Below are positions 26,859 to 39,142 of a stretch of DNA of 64,000 bases, in pieces. Position 1 is the stretch's first letter. Every line of letters starts with the position of its first letter. This DNA is from Utricularia gibba (lineage: Eukaryota > Plantae > Magnoliophyta), in NCBI GenBank assembly GCA_002189035.1, contig NEEC01000015.1, positions 1,364,001 to 1,428,000 on the forward strand, in the 5' to 3' direction. The translations under genes and the position numbers were made by a program. The notes below the pieces were generated by a model. That model was not told where the DNA came from, did no database searches, and saw only the letters and a program-made list of their open reading frames with translations.

Positions 26859-27815
26859 AGTCAAAGTCAAAGTCAAAACAAGACAAGGATGGCGACGCGT
26901 ACTTGGTACGGGGACTGACTGGGTGGCAAGGGTTGATTGACTACTAGGCAAATCAAGAAGAGTAGACTGGGGAGCCGGCGGCTACTAGTAGTTGAGTGGC
27001 GGCTGCGGCTCCGGTGCCGGTGGACGGTGGCATGGCCGCCGTGCGACATCCTTAGCGTTTAGATTCATTTAGAAAATTGATGATTCTTACATTTTTTTAC
27101 ATATTAAATTAAAAAATTTTCATTACACATAATCAATTTTCTTACAAATAACCACTTTTCTCACATAGTGATGAAAAAATGGACAAATTTCTAATATACC
27201 CGGTTAAGACGCTTTTACCTCCTCATCTCTCCTATTGCAATCAACGGCCTAACGTTTTTAAATAGACAATATTTTTATTTAATCACGAATAAATTGTTTA
27301 TTTTAAAATAAAATAATTTGTGTGTTAAAAATTATGGTCCCATGTATGTAGTGTCAACCGTAAAACATGGATTTAATTTGAATAAATTCGATTCAATTTT
27401 AATGCTAAAATATATAATCTATTCAACCCATTTCAACAAGGCTTTTATTATTCAAAATTTTATTAGAAATGATTTCAATGTACTATAAAAATATAAGTCA
27501 AATATATGACTAAACAGAAAAATATTTTAAAAACTTGATAATTCCATCAACACTACACCCATATTTGAATCTGATACAGCTCCGAAATACGTTGGATGTA
27601 TTAGAAAATTGGGCGCTTACTTGATTGTGTGAAAAAAGTGGACATAAAAAAATTAATTATATGACATAAATATAATATGATCAATTTTATAAATCCCCAA
27701 TTTTCTGATGGCGGCAGTGTGTTGGACGGCAGTACCCCCTCGGTCAAACACCTCGTTGACTGCCATGCGGGCACACCCAGTCAATAGCTTCACGCGCCTT
27801 TTCTCTCTTATAAAA
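26859..27815 (+). promoter_or_regulatory. ERF upstream region with W-box and GCC-box clusters and a TATA box
   Basis: AGTCAA x3 in tandem at 26859-26876; GGCGGCT (GCC box) at 26977 and 26998; GCCGCC at 27035; W-boxes at 27742, 27756 and 27779; TATAAAA at 27809. Confidence 0.55.
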
Positions 27816-27889
27816 TAAACCCATTGCTCAGACGCCTGATCTACCTATTCCCATTCAGTTAAACTCGGGACTTCTCGGCGGCCTGAGAG

Positions 27890-28429
27890 ATGCGCTACCG
27901 GGGAGTGAGGAAGAGGCCATGGGGCCGTTACGCAGCCGAAATCCGGGACCCCGGGAAGAAGACCCGAGTATGGTTGGGAACTTTCGACACCGCCGAAGAA
28001 GCGGCGCGTGCCTATGACGCGGCGGCGAGGGAGTTCCGGGGCAACAAGGCGAAGACAAACTTCCCCTGCGCCGTCCGGAGCCCGAGCCAGAGCAGCACCG
28101 TCGAGTCATCAGCCGCCCACGACTTCAAAACGCCCGCCGCACCCACCGACCTCGACCTCACGCGCCGCCTTGGCGCCTCCGTCGCCGCCCACCCCATCGG
28201 ACTCCCATTCGTCGGAACCGCGTTTCTGCTCAACGGGCAGCCGATTTTCTTGTACCAGGCAGCGATGTCGCCGCCGCCGTACAAAATGGGTGTAGTTTTT
28301 TCCAGCGCCGGCGCGTCGCGGAGCGCCTCCGACACATCTTCTGTTGTTGATGAGAACCATTGCGATGGGGCTGAGCCAAATAGGATTCTTGATCTCGATC
28401 TGAACCAACCTCCACCACCTGAAACCTGA
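27890..28429 (+). CDS. ERF: Class II (group VIII) ERF repressor with EAR motif, intronless
   Basis: AP2 domain [50 protein letters not shown]; C-terminal [13 protein letters not shown] motif. Confidence 0.95.
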   Translation: MRYRGVRKRPWGRYAAEIRDPGKKTRVWLGTFDTAEEAARAYDAAAREFRGNKAKTNFPCAVRSPSQSSTVESSAAHDFKTPAAPTDLDLTRRLGASVAAHPIGLPFVGTAFLLNGQPIFLYQAAMSPPPYKMGVVFSSAGASRSASDTSSVVDENHCDGAEPNRILDLDLNQPPPPET

Positions 28430-30479
28430 ACCGAACAAACAAACCTCTTATCTCCGAATTCTCCCTTCTCCGGGATACACCACCGTCAGCCACTCCTCCG
28501 AGTTCAGACGACCACGCCATAAGGGAACCATGACCCTGGAGAAGGGAGTCCGTCTATGGGAAACCCGTGGTCAAAAGAATCATTGTTGTCATGTTGATGT
28601 CCTGTGTAAAAACACCATTTTTCAAATACCCTGAAAACCATATTGTAATAAAAAGCTTAGCATTTTCCTACGCAGATGAAATAAAAATAGTTTTATTCAT
28701 AAAAAGCATACCTTTTACAATATTAGTTGAAACCTCCAAATTCTGTCACCTCACGGGTACCATTTGCTTGAAACTATGCTAGAGGTTGGAGGAAGTTTCC
28801 AGGCGGCGGATCCATGGAATTAAACGACATTTTCAAATAAAATATTAAAAAATTAATAGTCAATTTTTTTTAATGACGGGTCAGGATCAGGATACACTTT
28901 GGTCAAACCCAAACTCCCCTACCATTAAACACTTGATTTCATTTGATATTATTTTTTGACAAACATTTCAAATAAAATAGAAGTTGATATTCTATAATTT
29001 TTTAAAAATAAAAATATTCTTAAATTTTAAAATTTGATAATCTTTTAAAAGAAGATTTATTTACATAAAATAAAAAAATATTCTAAACAAAAAATAAATT
29101 ACAAACCGCTGTCTTTCACGATTGGAAAGATCGAAACACACAAGCGAAGTGCTTATCTGATTTACTTGTATATAGCGTCGTGTCGAGCCATTTGAGGTAC
29201 GTTTTGGGCCGGTAATTGGGCTTCGGTTTTAACAGTTTAGTGTTGAGACAGGCCCAAACCGAAAAAGCGCTCTCGCCTGTCGCGCACACGTGCTGCTGTC
29301 GACTTAAGATATTATGAGAATAATACTTTTTTTCAATTTTCAAAATAATAAATGCTGGCAACAAATCTGCAATTAAAAATATAGCAAAGAGGAGCATTTG
29401 AAATTGCAGACTATAATTTCTAAATAAAAATAATAGTCTTTAAATTTTCCTTTTTGTTTTAAAACCCAAGAATAATTATTAATGCAATAATTGAGGGTTG
29501 CAACTGGCGAGTTCCGACATTACCCTTTCGGATAGACTCGAGCATTTTAGATAAGGAATCACAAAAAATAATAAAAAACAACCAGGGCCACCATAATCAC
29601 TACGTGCTCCCCATCTATCCTTTTTTATTTACTTATTTTTTTTATAATTTTTATTCAATGGCGGTCAATAGAGGTACCACGTGTCCCAACTTTGAAAAAG
29701 AAAAAGAATTGGGTAATTTTGGAAAATGGGCGATACAAAAAATAATTTTTGTACATGAAAATCATCCTTCTCAAGAGTAATAAAACCGGTCCGGACCGGT
29801 GGCTAAACCGAATCAACGGCAACCGGAAAATGGGGTACGTTAATGATGATCACTTGTACCGGTTCGGGAGGGCTTTAATGTGGCTGGTTCAAACCGTTTT
29901 GGTTCAGGCCCCCCCCCCCCCCCAACACTGTAAGGGATAGTAAATAATTCAACCGTTACTATTATTTCATTATTAATTATTATTTGGTACCATGGATTCC
30001 ATTCTTTTCAAATGCTAGTAACTTGTCACCATCATGCCTTGCTGTCCTCCACTGCGTCAATTACACTCGCCTATAGTGCCGAGTAGGACTTAAACTCCTC
30101 CGGATTTTTATATTATATTATAATTCGATTATCCGAAAAATAATTTTAATAAATAAACAATATTAAAGAAAATATCTATGGTCCTGGTTGGAGACCACGT
30201 GACGAGGCGACGCGAGGCCATCCTTATCTCTTCTCTCCACGCCTCGAATATTTTGAGGTAAAGTTGTCTGGAGGGGGATCTTTGCGATTGGAATGTGATT
30301 AAATTGGGGGAAAATGAGTTAATTGTGCACGAGGGAAATATATTGAAGAACAAGCCGATGATTAAATTACAAAAGCAGTTAATCAAAGCAAAACCCTGCG
30401 TCACCTGCGCATCCTTGTCCAGTTTTGTTTATACAATAATTATACAAAAATCCAGAAAATCTCCACGTCTGCTCCACTT

Positions 30480-31399
30480 TCAAGTGAGGAGATCATTGAC
30501 CCACTCGAGATCGGGGCCACCCACATTGCTGTTCTCGCCGTCGATCGCGTTCCGGCCGAAGGGGTCGCTGGAGAATAGGCTCCCGCATTGTCCGAAGCTC
30601 CTTGAACTGGAACAGGGAGGGGAGACGGCTAGGTAGGGGGAAAACTGATTCTCTTCGGGGCTGAAGGTGTTGGCGTTCACATTCATTACATCGAAAGAGG
30701 CCATCAGTTCATTCATCGCCTCCTTGTAACCGGCTGCGTAGGGCGAAATTGGGGCGACATCGGTGGGGAGCCCCGGATTAAAGTGGAGGTGGGGGAGGAG
30801 TGGCAATACACGCAGCAGTTACAGCCGCGGTGGCTGTACATGATGTTCTCCGGCGGATTCTCCGGCAGGATGCGAAGCTGCTTACTGGAATGAGCGAAGA
30901 AGCAAACCTTACGCTTACAATTCTTCCCATCTTTACAAGCCTCGGTACGGTAGCGCGACGGATGGAGCCAGCACTCGAACACCCCATGCGCGAACTCGCA
31001 GGTATCGCCCTTACCACACTGCCCCTTGCGAAACTCGGCGCACACATTCCCAGAGTAGTGAAACCGCCGTGGGTCCCTCCGGCGAGCCTTCTCCCCAGGG
31101 TGAGCAAACGGGCAGTCGGTCCAGTCATGGCTCCTGCTCCGGTTGCATTTCCGAACCTTAAACTCATACATCCTGAAATTGTCCGACGAGTAGGGGTCAG
31201 AATCGTCATCGGAGGAGTCGTCCGGGTTGTTGCAGGGCAGAAACTTGGAAAACAAGTTGGAGTGAGCCTCCCCTCCTCCCCCCTTCGGAGAATCGTTATG
31301 GCGGTTGAGAAGCTTCCGCGGCGGGATATCAATTTCACGGAGGGCCTTCTTGCTCAGGTAGAGATGGTGATTCTTTTGCTCCGCACAGAGCGTAGCCAT
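30480..31399 (-). CDS. TZF: RR-TZF tandem CCCH zinc-finger protein (SOMNUS/TZF4-6 clade) with an apparent -1 frameshift
   Basis: DIPPRKLL; [36 protein letters not shown]; two CCCH fingers; terminal [11 protein letters not shown]. The frame is restored by +1 G, most likely at G4 30751-30754 (SPPMSPPISPY). Confidence 0.92.
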
Positions 31400-32346
31400 C
31401 GCAGGGATGGGTTAACGAAAGAGTGTTGGGGTAAACGGAGGCAGGGTAAGGCCATTTATTTATATGTGAGGGGAGAGGGGAGGGGTGTGCGTGGCCTATA
31501 GGCATAAAGCTTGAGCATGCAACCGATGCCTACGTGGCGCAAATCCACGATGCCTACCTCTGCATGCGCTCACAAAATGGAACACATGAAATTCATTCAT
31601 TAATCCAAACGGCAGCCAGACAACTTTAGGCCCACAGTAAAAAAAATATTAAAAATAAAAAATATATAATTAATATCTCCAAATAAACTATGTTTTAATT
31701 ATTTTAATTTAGTATATACTTTTCGATATTGCACGGATAATTAGTAATTTAAAGATATGAAAGACACCACGCAATAATGAGTCGATTGGACGTGTGGACT
31801 TGATTTACATTTCAAGCAACATACCAAGGAAAATAATTGATTAATTATAATAATGCCGGAAATTTCTGACGTTGACACCTGTGGGTGAAATTTGATTATC
31901 TTGTCGACTTATGCTATAAACACTAAAATAATATATATTTCTAAGTGAAAAGAAAAACTAATTTACGATAGTTTGCTGTGACGCAGTGCATATTGTAATG
32001 ATGTAATACAAAATTAGCCATTGTTTTTGAGTGTATGATAAAAATGACTATATATATATAATTTGATCGTAGTATGTAAAATAGAAAAATTCAATGTCCA
32101 TTTTTTTAAATTACTCTATATTTTATTGGACATGGGAAAAAAACATATACATTGGATATTTTTTTACGTTTAAATAAATATTTATAAATGTGATTTTTAA
32201 TTTAATATTAATATGTAACTAGATTTAATATTATCTGGAAATGACGTGGGAGATAATTGTCTATTGAGGAGTCGATATTTGTGGCCTGTGGGTGCTTAAT
32301 CTTGTGGCACCTACTACCCACAGTATCGTCGGGGCCGTGGGGGAAC

Positions 32347-32541
32347 CACGTGGTCCGGATCGGTGTGGCTTGAGGAACCTTTTATGGTGGGGCTGCCTGC
32401 ACCTGATCTAGTTACTTTCCAAGTACGCCATCGGGTCGGACCCTTGAATTTCGACCGACATACATCACGTGGCACGGCATGTGAATGCGCATAGGGATCA
32501 CGTGGGCACTTCTTGGAGGTATTTATCCCAAACGCCACGTG
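32347..32541. promoter_or_regulatory. Cluster of four perfect G-boxes upstream of the TZF gene
   Basis: CACGTG at 32347, 32466, 32499 and 32536; two of them extend to CACGTGGC (ABRE). Confidence 0.6.
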
Positions 32542-33025
32542 GCACGCCGTCGGAGCCCCTGGTTTTCCATGTGTCCTCCCTTACCAACTCGTTTGGAAAC
32601 ACGCTTTCATGTCATAGAATTCGAATCTCACTGAATACTTAAATTATCATTATTATATTAAAAACTATTTATTTTAATATATTGCTTTTTATTTGCTTGA
32701 CTTACAGGGCCTAACGAATAATGAGATTTCATGATGGACGATTGGGCCGATGGGTGTTGGGATCATGGGCCGAGCCCATTACTGGATTTGGAAGTTACGC
32801 GGCATGGAAGATTGTTTCCATGTATGAGGAGCATCTCCATGTTTTTAATTTCCCAAATAAATAATTCTTAATTATTACAAATAGTATAAATATTTAATTT
32901 CCAAACGCCCGTTTCCGGGATGTTATTGAAATCGGGAGAACAGAAGCACGGAATTCAAGACGGCGGCCCTGGCGAGGTGGGCGTAGCAACAGCAACAGAT
33001 GGTACGATGGAAACCCATTTGGAAG

Positions 33026-33361
33026 TTATATGGGGTTGAACGAACGTAGCTGAAGAGTATTCTGTAGGCTGCGGAACACAACAGCCTGGAAGTTCCTCGA
33101 AACGCCGCCTTGCCTGGCCCTGATTCGGACGCGGTAATTCGTTCCGGCAACAACTTGGGACTCCGCGCTCAGAATTTGGCGGAGAACAAGAGATCCACCG
33201 GCCCTCCTGTTCTGCTCTTGGACCGCGAACACGGCGGCTCTCTGCACCTCTGGATCATTCCGAGTGATCGGCTGAAAGCTTCCGGGCTGGCCGAGGGTCT
33301 TGCCGTACAACGACACAGTCACGACGGAGAAAAGTAGGATGAGGAGGAAGTTGGACGACAT
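33026..33361 (-). CDS. CYS: Secreted phytocystatin, copy 1 (intronless)
   Basis: Signal peptide, AAVFAV (LARFAV-like) helix, QVVAGTNY inhibitory loop; upstream TATA. Confidence 0.9.
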   Translation of the reverse strand: MSSNFLLILLFSVVTVSLYGKTLGQPGSFQPITRNDPEVQRAAVFAVQEQNRRAGGSLVLRQILSAESQVVAGTNYRVRIRARQGGVSRNFQAVVFRSLQNTLQLRSFNPI

Positions 33362-34939
33362 TGTTATGTTTCTTTTTACCAGTTGGTGTGTGCGCGTCTG
33401 TGTAGGATCGGGTGCCCATTTTATAGAAACGATCACAAAACCTTAATATGTGTTTGGTCCTTCATCTATTGAATATTTACAAGATGCCCCCAACTCTACC
33501 CATCGTTTTCGATTGCCACCATAAAAGTCCATTTGCAAATGAAAATGACGTTTTCTTTAAATCAATCATTTTTACTATTAACAAACTGACAATGATTATT
33601 TTTTAAATTTTTTTAAATAGTTGACTTTCGGGTACCAAAAAAGTTCTAATTCATCTTTGGTTTCACATTACTATGAAAATATTACCAAAAAAAAAATACA
33701 GAAATTACAAAAGGGGAAGACATTCTTTGACCGGTGTCAACGCTTCCAAGAGATTTGCTGGAAATGGGCCCGCCCACTGATTTCCAACAAATGTATCTCT
33801 ATGCTTAAATAAGAAGATGCGTTTAGTAAAATCACAGAATTGTTTCTCAAATTTGACGAGTATTAGAGATGCCGCTTCTCCCACGGACCCTTCCTTCACA
33901 TGATGAATTGGTAATCATCGTCCTTCTGTCAACGTATGGACAATGTGGTCGGAGTTTCGATTTGCCCAAATCGGCCCCTGACACGCTCTTATAAGAAACC
34001 AAATATTCATTTTTTAATTGGATTTTAAATTTAGTACTTCCAAACCGGCAAAATTTGGTAAATGCGTGTGTCAGACTACATTTTTTTTGCAAAATACTGG
34101 AAATTTTTTTTATTGAAAAATTACATGTAATATAAGTTTTCATTTGCAAAATACCTGATTTTTTATTTTTAAATAAAAAAACGTCATAATGGTTATATAC
34201 TTATTTTTTGATGTACATGAATGTTGAATAAAATGATCTTTACATAAAAACAAAAGAGTTTAAAGTATAATGTTTTTAAAAATTATATTAAATAGTAAAA
34301 TTTATTATTAATAAAGATATAAAGAAAACTATAGTAGTAAACTAATTAAAATTTTTTACAAAAATGTAATATAATAAATGATATAAGTTATTTACGAAAT
34401 AAAAAATTAATAATTAATTTTTATATTATTATTCATTTATTTTAATAATAAATGTCACACTCAAATTGTAATAAAAAATAATTTTTTTGTATTTTAAAAT
34501 GATTTTCAAAATAATTAAAATCAAGTATCATATTGAAATGAATAACATTTTTTATTTTATATCAACTATTACAATTATCCAATTTTTTTTTTTGTAATTT
34601 TTACTTATTAATTATTTTCCATACATGTTCAATATCATTTTAAATTAACTGGAAATATTAATTTTTTTTTTAATTAAGTTTATCATTTATTCATTTGAAA
34701 ATTATGAATTAAAAAATGATAACAAGTATTTTATAAAATTTTGAATATGTTATATATGATTTTAAAATTGAAATACCTTTATTTTGCAAACAAACTTATA
34801 AATATAATGTATTTTACAAACAAAAATGAAAAAGTAGGATAATTTGCAAAACAAAGTAAAAGTTCCAATAAAATCTCAATAAAAAACACTGACACATGCA
34901 AAACACTAATTAACTCCTTCAAAACCCCTTCTTCATTGA

Positions 34940-35930
34940 GGTCAATTTTAGAAATGGTCATCTCTCTTCATTGAAATTTGAAATATGGTCATATCTCAAA
35001 AATTCTTTCCAATTTGACCATCTCGAAAATGACTCATTAAAAGAAAATTATTTTTCATTCAAATACACTGACATGTGAGTGCATATAGATGATATACTGA
35101 ATTTTTTTTAATTGTCTATTTTCAAAGAAAACTTAATTTCGTTGATTAATATATGTAATTACATACTATTGTATATAATGATATAAAATATGTAACAATA
35201 ACAAATGAATTGTTAAATAATTTACAAATACAAAAAAATAACATACTATTATAGTTAATTATATGTAAACATTTTTATAATTAAATTATTAGTGTAAATA
35301 ATCGCATAATTAAATGATATATATTATATATATATATATAATTTATATATCAAATATTAAATCTATTTTTTATATAAAATAAATGGTCAAGAAAAAAATC
35401 GAGATATTTTTCGCCAACTTTGGTTTTCGAATTAACTGTATGTCACACACTTCTGAAAATGTAATAATCCGGAAGAGTTGTGCAGTATCTCTATTATGCA
35501 CTCTTCAAAAATCACTATAATTCAAAAGAGTTTTACAGTTTTAACATAATAAGGAAAATATCAATAATAAGTTAATTATACAATTGTTTATATATAATTA
35601 ACTATAATAGGGTGTTATTATTTTTTTGTATTTGTAAATTATTTAACAATTCATTTGTTATTTTTGCATATTTTATACTATTATATACAATACTATGTAA
35701 TTACATATATTAATCAATGAAATTAGATTTTCTTGGATAATAGACAATTAAAAAAAATTCAATATACCGTGTATATATAATGACATGTCAATGTATTTAA
35801 ATGAATAACGATTTTACTTTAATGGGTCATTTTCGAGATGTCCAAATTACAAAGATTTTTTGAGAGATGGTCATATTTCAAATTTCAATGGAGAGAGATG
35901 CCCATTTCTCAAATTAACTCTCTTACTTGA
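34940..35930. mobile_element. Non-autonomous Mutator-like (MULE/foldback) element with TIRs of about 340 bp
   Basis: 34940-35280 is the reverse complement of about 35575-35930 (roughly 80% by eye, e.g. agaaatggtcatctctcttcattgaaatttgaaatat vs its inverse). Flanks TCTTCATTGA (34930-34939) and TCTTACTTGA (35931-35940) match 8/10, like a TSD. No transposase. Confidence 0.8.
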
Positions 35931-36562
35931 CCTCCTAAAAAGTTAATTGAAGCTCCACCACTATCCCATGCAATGGAACACTGACAGACTGGATTTTGAA
36001 ATCATTTGTTTGGATTCCCTCTTTAAATGTTATGTTGGTCGTGTTGTATGATATTATCTATTTTATGTATTTGATTTTTACAATTTTACGTTTTTTTTTC
36101 ATCTTTTGTTTATCTTTCAAGAATGTCACTCTTTTTCAACTTATTTTAAATTGAGTACGTTTAACTTTAGAATTTCTACTTGACCTACGGGCCTAACAAT
36201 ATAATGAGATTTTATGCTGGTCCAATGGGCCGATGGGTGTTTGGATCATGAGCCGGGGCCCAATAATGGCTTTGCAGGATTACGTGGCCCGTATGTGAGT
36301 TTTTATCTCTGCTTTAGATCATACAAATTTGCATGCAAGATAAGGAGCATCTTCGTGTTTTTTTATTTTCCAAATAAATAATTCTTTTTGTTAGCGATTT
36401 TTAGTTACCAAAACACAACATAAATTTTTAATTATTCAAATGCCCGTTTCCGGGGTGTTATTGAAATCGAGAGAACAGAAGCACGGAATTCAAGACGGCG
36501 GCCCTGACGAGGTGGCCGTAGCAACAGCAACAGATGGTGTAAAATGAAAACCCATTTGGAAG

Positions 36563-36901
36563 TTATTTGGGGTCGAACGAAGTGAGCTGATGAGTATTCT
36601 GTAGGCTGCGGAACACAACAGCCTGGAAGTTCCTCGAAACGCCGCCTTGCCTGGCGCTGATTTGGACGCGGTAATTCGTTCCGGCAACAACTTGGTACTC
36701 CGCGCTCAGAATTTGCACGAGAACAAGAGATCCACCGGTCCTCCTGTTCTGCTCTTGGACCGCGAACACGGCGGCTCTCTGCACCTCCGGATCATTCGGG
36801 GCGATCGGATGCCATCCTCCCAAGGTCCCCTGCCCGAGAGTCTCGCCGTAAAACGACGCCGCCACAATGGAGAACAGTAGGATGACGAGGAAGCGAGACA
36901 T
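36563..36901 (-). CDS. CYS: Secreted phytocystatin, copy 2 (intronless)
   Basis: Signal peptide, GGWHPI N-terminal trunk, AAVFAV, QVVAGTNY. Confidence 0.92.
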   Translation of the reverse strand: MSRFLVILLFSIVAASFYGETLGQGTLGGWHPIAPNDPEVQRAAVFAVQEQNRRTGGSLVLVQILSAEYQVVAGTNYRVQISARQGGVSRNFQAVVFRSLQNTHQLTSFDPK

Positions 36902-39142
36902 TTTGACGTATGCTTTTCTTCACGAGTTCCGTTTGTTTGTGTGTGTAGGATTGGGGGTGTCCATTTTATAGAGACGAATACAAAACATTAATACATATTG
37001 GGTCCTTCATCTATTAAATATTTACACGATGACCCCAACTCTACCCACCGCTTTCGTTCCAACATCACCCGTGTGGGGCCCCCATACCCATCTTATGTCA
37101 AATATTCGAATAAAAGTCAGTTTCCAAATCGAAAATGCCTCTTTATTTTAATCAATCATCTTTAATTCTAAAAAAAAAAAATTTCCAAAAATATTAAAAA
37201 TTTAAATATTCCATTTAATCTCGGCAAAAAAAAAAAAAAAAGATTTGAAATAACAATTAAGTCGAGCTTTCGGCTACCTAATTCTAGTTCATCTTTGGTT
37301 TGACATTTTTTAATACAATGTGTACAACGGACATAGCGATTAAAATATGTCGAAAAAAATAACACAGAAATTACAAAACGAAGACATTCTTTGACCCTTC
37401 CAAGAGATTTCTCAAATTTTCAGCAAATGCAGCTTGTGGAGAAACCCTTAGCCCCTGTAGTTAATTTACAAATCTAGCCTTTCAATTTTTATATCCTATA
37501 TATAAAATAAAAATAAGGAAAATGAAATAACCATAATAAAATAAATGATAAAAATGATATCAAAGTTAAATAAAAAAATAAAAAAAAAGGATTTTTATTG
37601 TTTTATATGTAACACAAATCATTTTTTTTTTCGAGTATTGATTCACGCTGACATACATATAAAAAATATAATCAACCCAGCAATTTGTCCTCCTCTTTTC
37701 AGCCTGTACGCAACGCAACCCATGCAATGGGAACCAATACTCGCTTTAATTAACATTCAACGTGACGGTAATGCAGTCACTGGTTTGGATCCCCGTTCTC
37801 CAACCCGAGGGCGTGACTCGGCATAAATTAAATTTATTCCAGTATTAGATTGGACTTAGGGCATGTATAATGGAGCATGACAAATGACTTCATTAACTAA
37901 TAAATTTGGGTGAAATTCATATTTAACTACACAAATTAGACATTTTTGAAAAAAAAAAAATTCACCCAATTATCACTTTACATAAATTAAATTACAAAAT
38001 TTTCAATAAAATATAGTGTAGTTAACCATTTATCATTTATCAAATATTTTAAGTCTATATTTAATACAACTTTTTCAAAGACACAAATTACTTTTAATTT
38101 TTGATTTTTTCAAATTTACATCATTCATGATAAAAGATATTTCAAACTGAAATTATTTTTATAAATTCAATCAACATTTAATTCTGAATTAAAAAATATA
38201 TATGTATTAGATTTGTAATTAAAGATTTCATATTTTAATATATAAATAATCACTATATTAAAATATGCTGAATAAGTTGTGGGCTGAAGGGCGATTGGTG
38301 TGTAAGTGATGTCAGAGTAGAGATTTTGAGCCAATCCAAGGGTGAAATCGTCCAATTGATAAAAAAGCCCTAGTCTTGTGCTGCCTGTTCCTATATGCTC
38401 GCAGTCGTTCGCCCATTTGGAAATCGTACGCTTTCTTCTCGCGCGGCCGTAGAGCGGTAGAACCTATCTTCCCTCTGGGAAATCGTCTGTGTGTTTCGAT
38501 TTGATTCCATATATTGATTTATCTTCTTGTTTCGAGAGGCTGATTTGCTTGATTTCTCATTCTGTTGACGGGAAATATGTCGAATTAGATCGATCTTCGT
38601 TTTAGGAGCTGGCGTTCTCGATCTCGGGTTAGGGAATGCTAGATGCTTGATTTTTGTGTCTGATGACGAGATCTGATGTTAGATCGGTTTGTTGTTGTAC
38701 ATCAGGATCCTAGATCTGGTTTGTGGGGCGTTCCTCACATTTCAGTGGGTAACGTATGCGATGCTTGTGTCCTGTGTGCGTTGTGAACTGCAGAAATGAG
38801 ATAGATCTGTAATCGTAGCAGTGCCTTTTTAGTGGAAATGCTCCAACTGGTGGATACGTTTTTTTTTTTTTCACATCGTGATGTTTTACTGGTTTTTATA
38901 TGCTGAATAGTTGCTTCCGCGAACCTTCAACGATGAATTGCCTCATTAATTTTTAATTGCGCATTTTCAACCCTCACACTAGCTTACCTTTTAAAAGAAT
39001 ATGTTCTGAGATTCTATTTTACTTCGATCATGGATGTGAGGTTTTATCTGTGAATTGGATGATAATGGTATCGTATTGTGTTCTTGCTAACTAGTTGATC
39101 TCTCTCTCTCTCGCTCTGAAGGTCACTGAGTCCACCGTGAGC

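Larger units (their letters stand above)
32695..37420. repeat. Local duplication of a roughly 1.2-kb cystatin unit (about 32695-33855 and 36178-37420)
   Basis: Downstream flank (atgagattt...gggccgatgggtgtt), CDS, TATA region and upstream gaaattacaaaa...gacattctttgacc blocks are shared between the copies. Confidence 0.9.

Noticed and set aside
29780-29900. AACCG/CCGGTT-rich patch (similar at 56490-56570)
   Set aside because: Probably hAT/MITE subterminal debris; no TIR or TSD could be defined.
34060-34900. Weak inverted similarity (tgcgtgtgtcag...tttgcaaaata) suggesting an older MULE next to the called one
   Set aside because: Too degenerate to define termini or a TSD.
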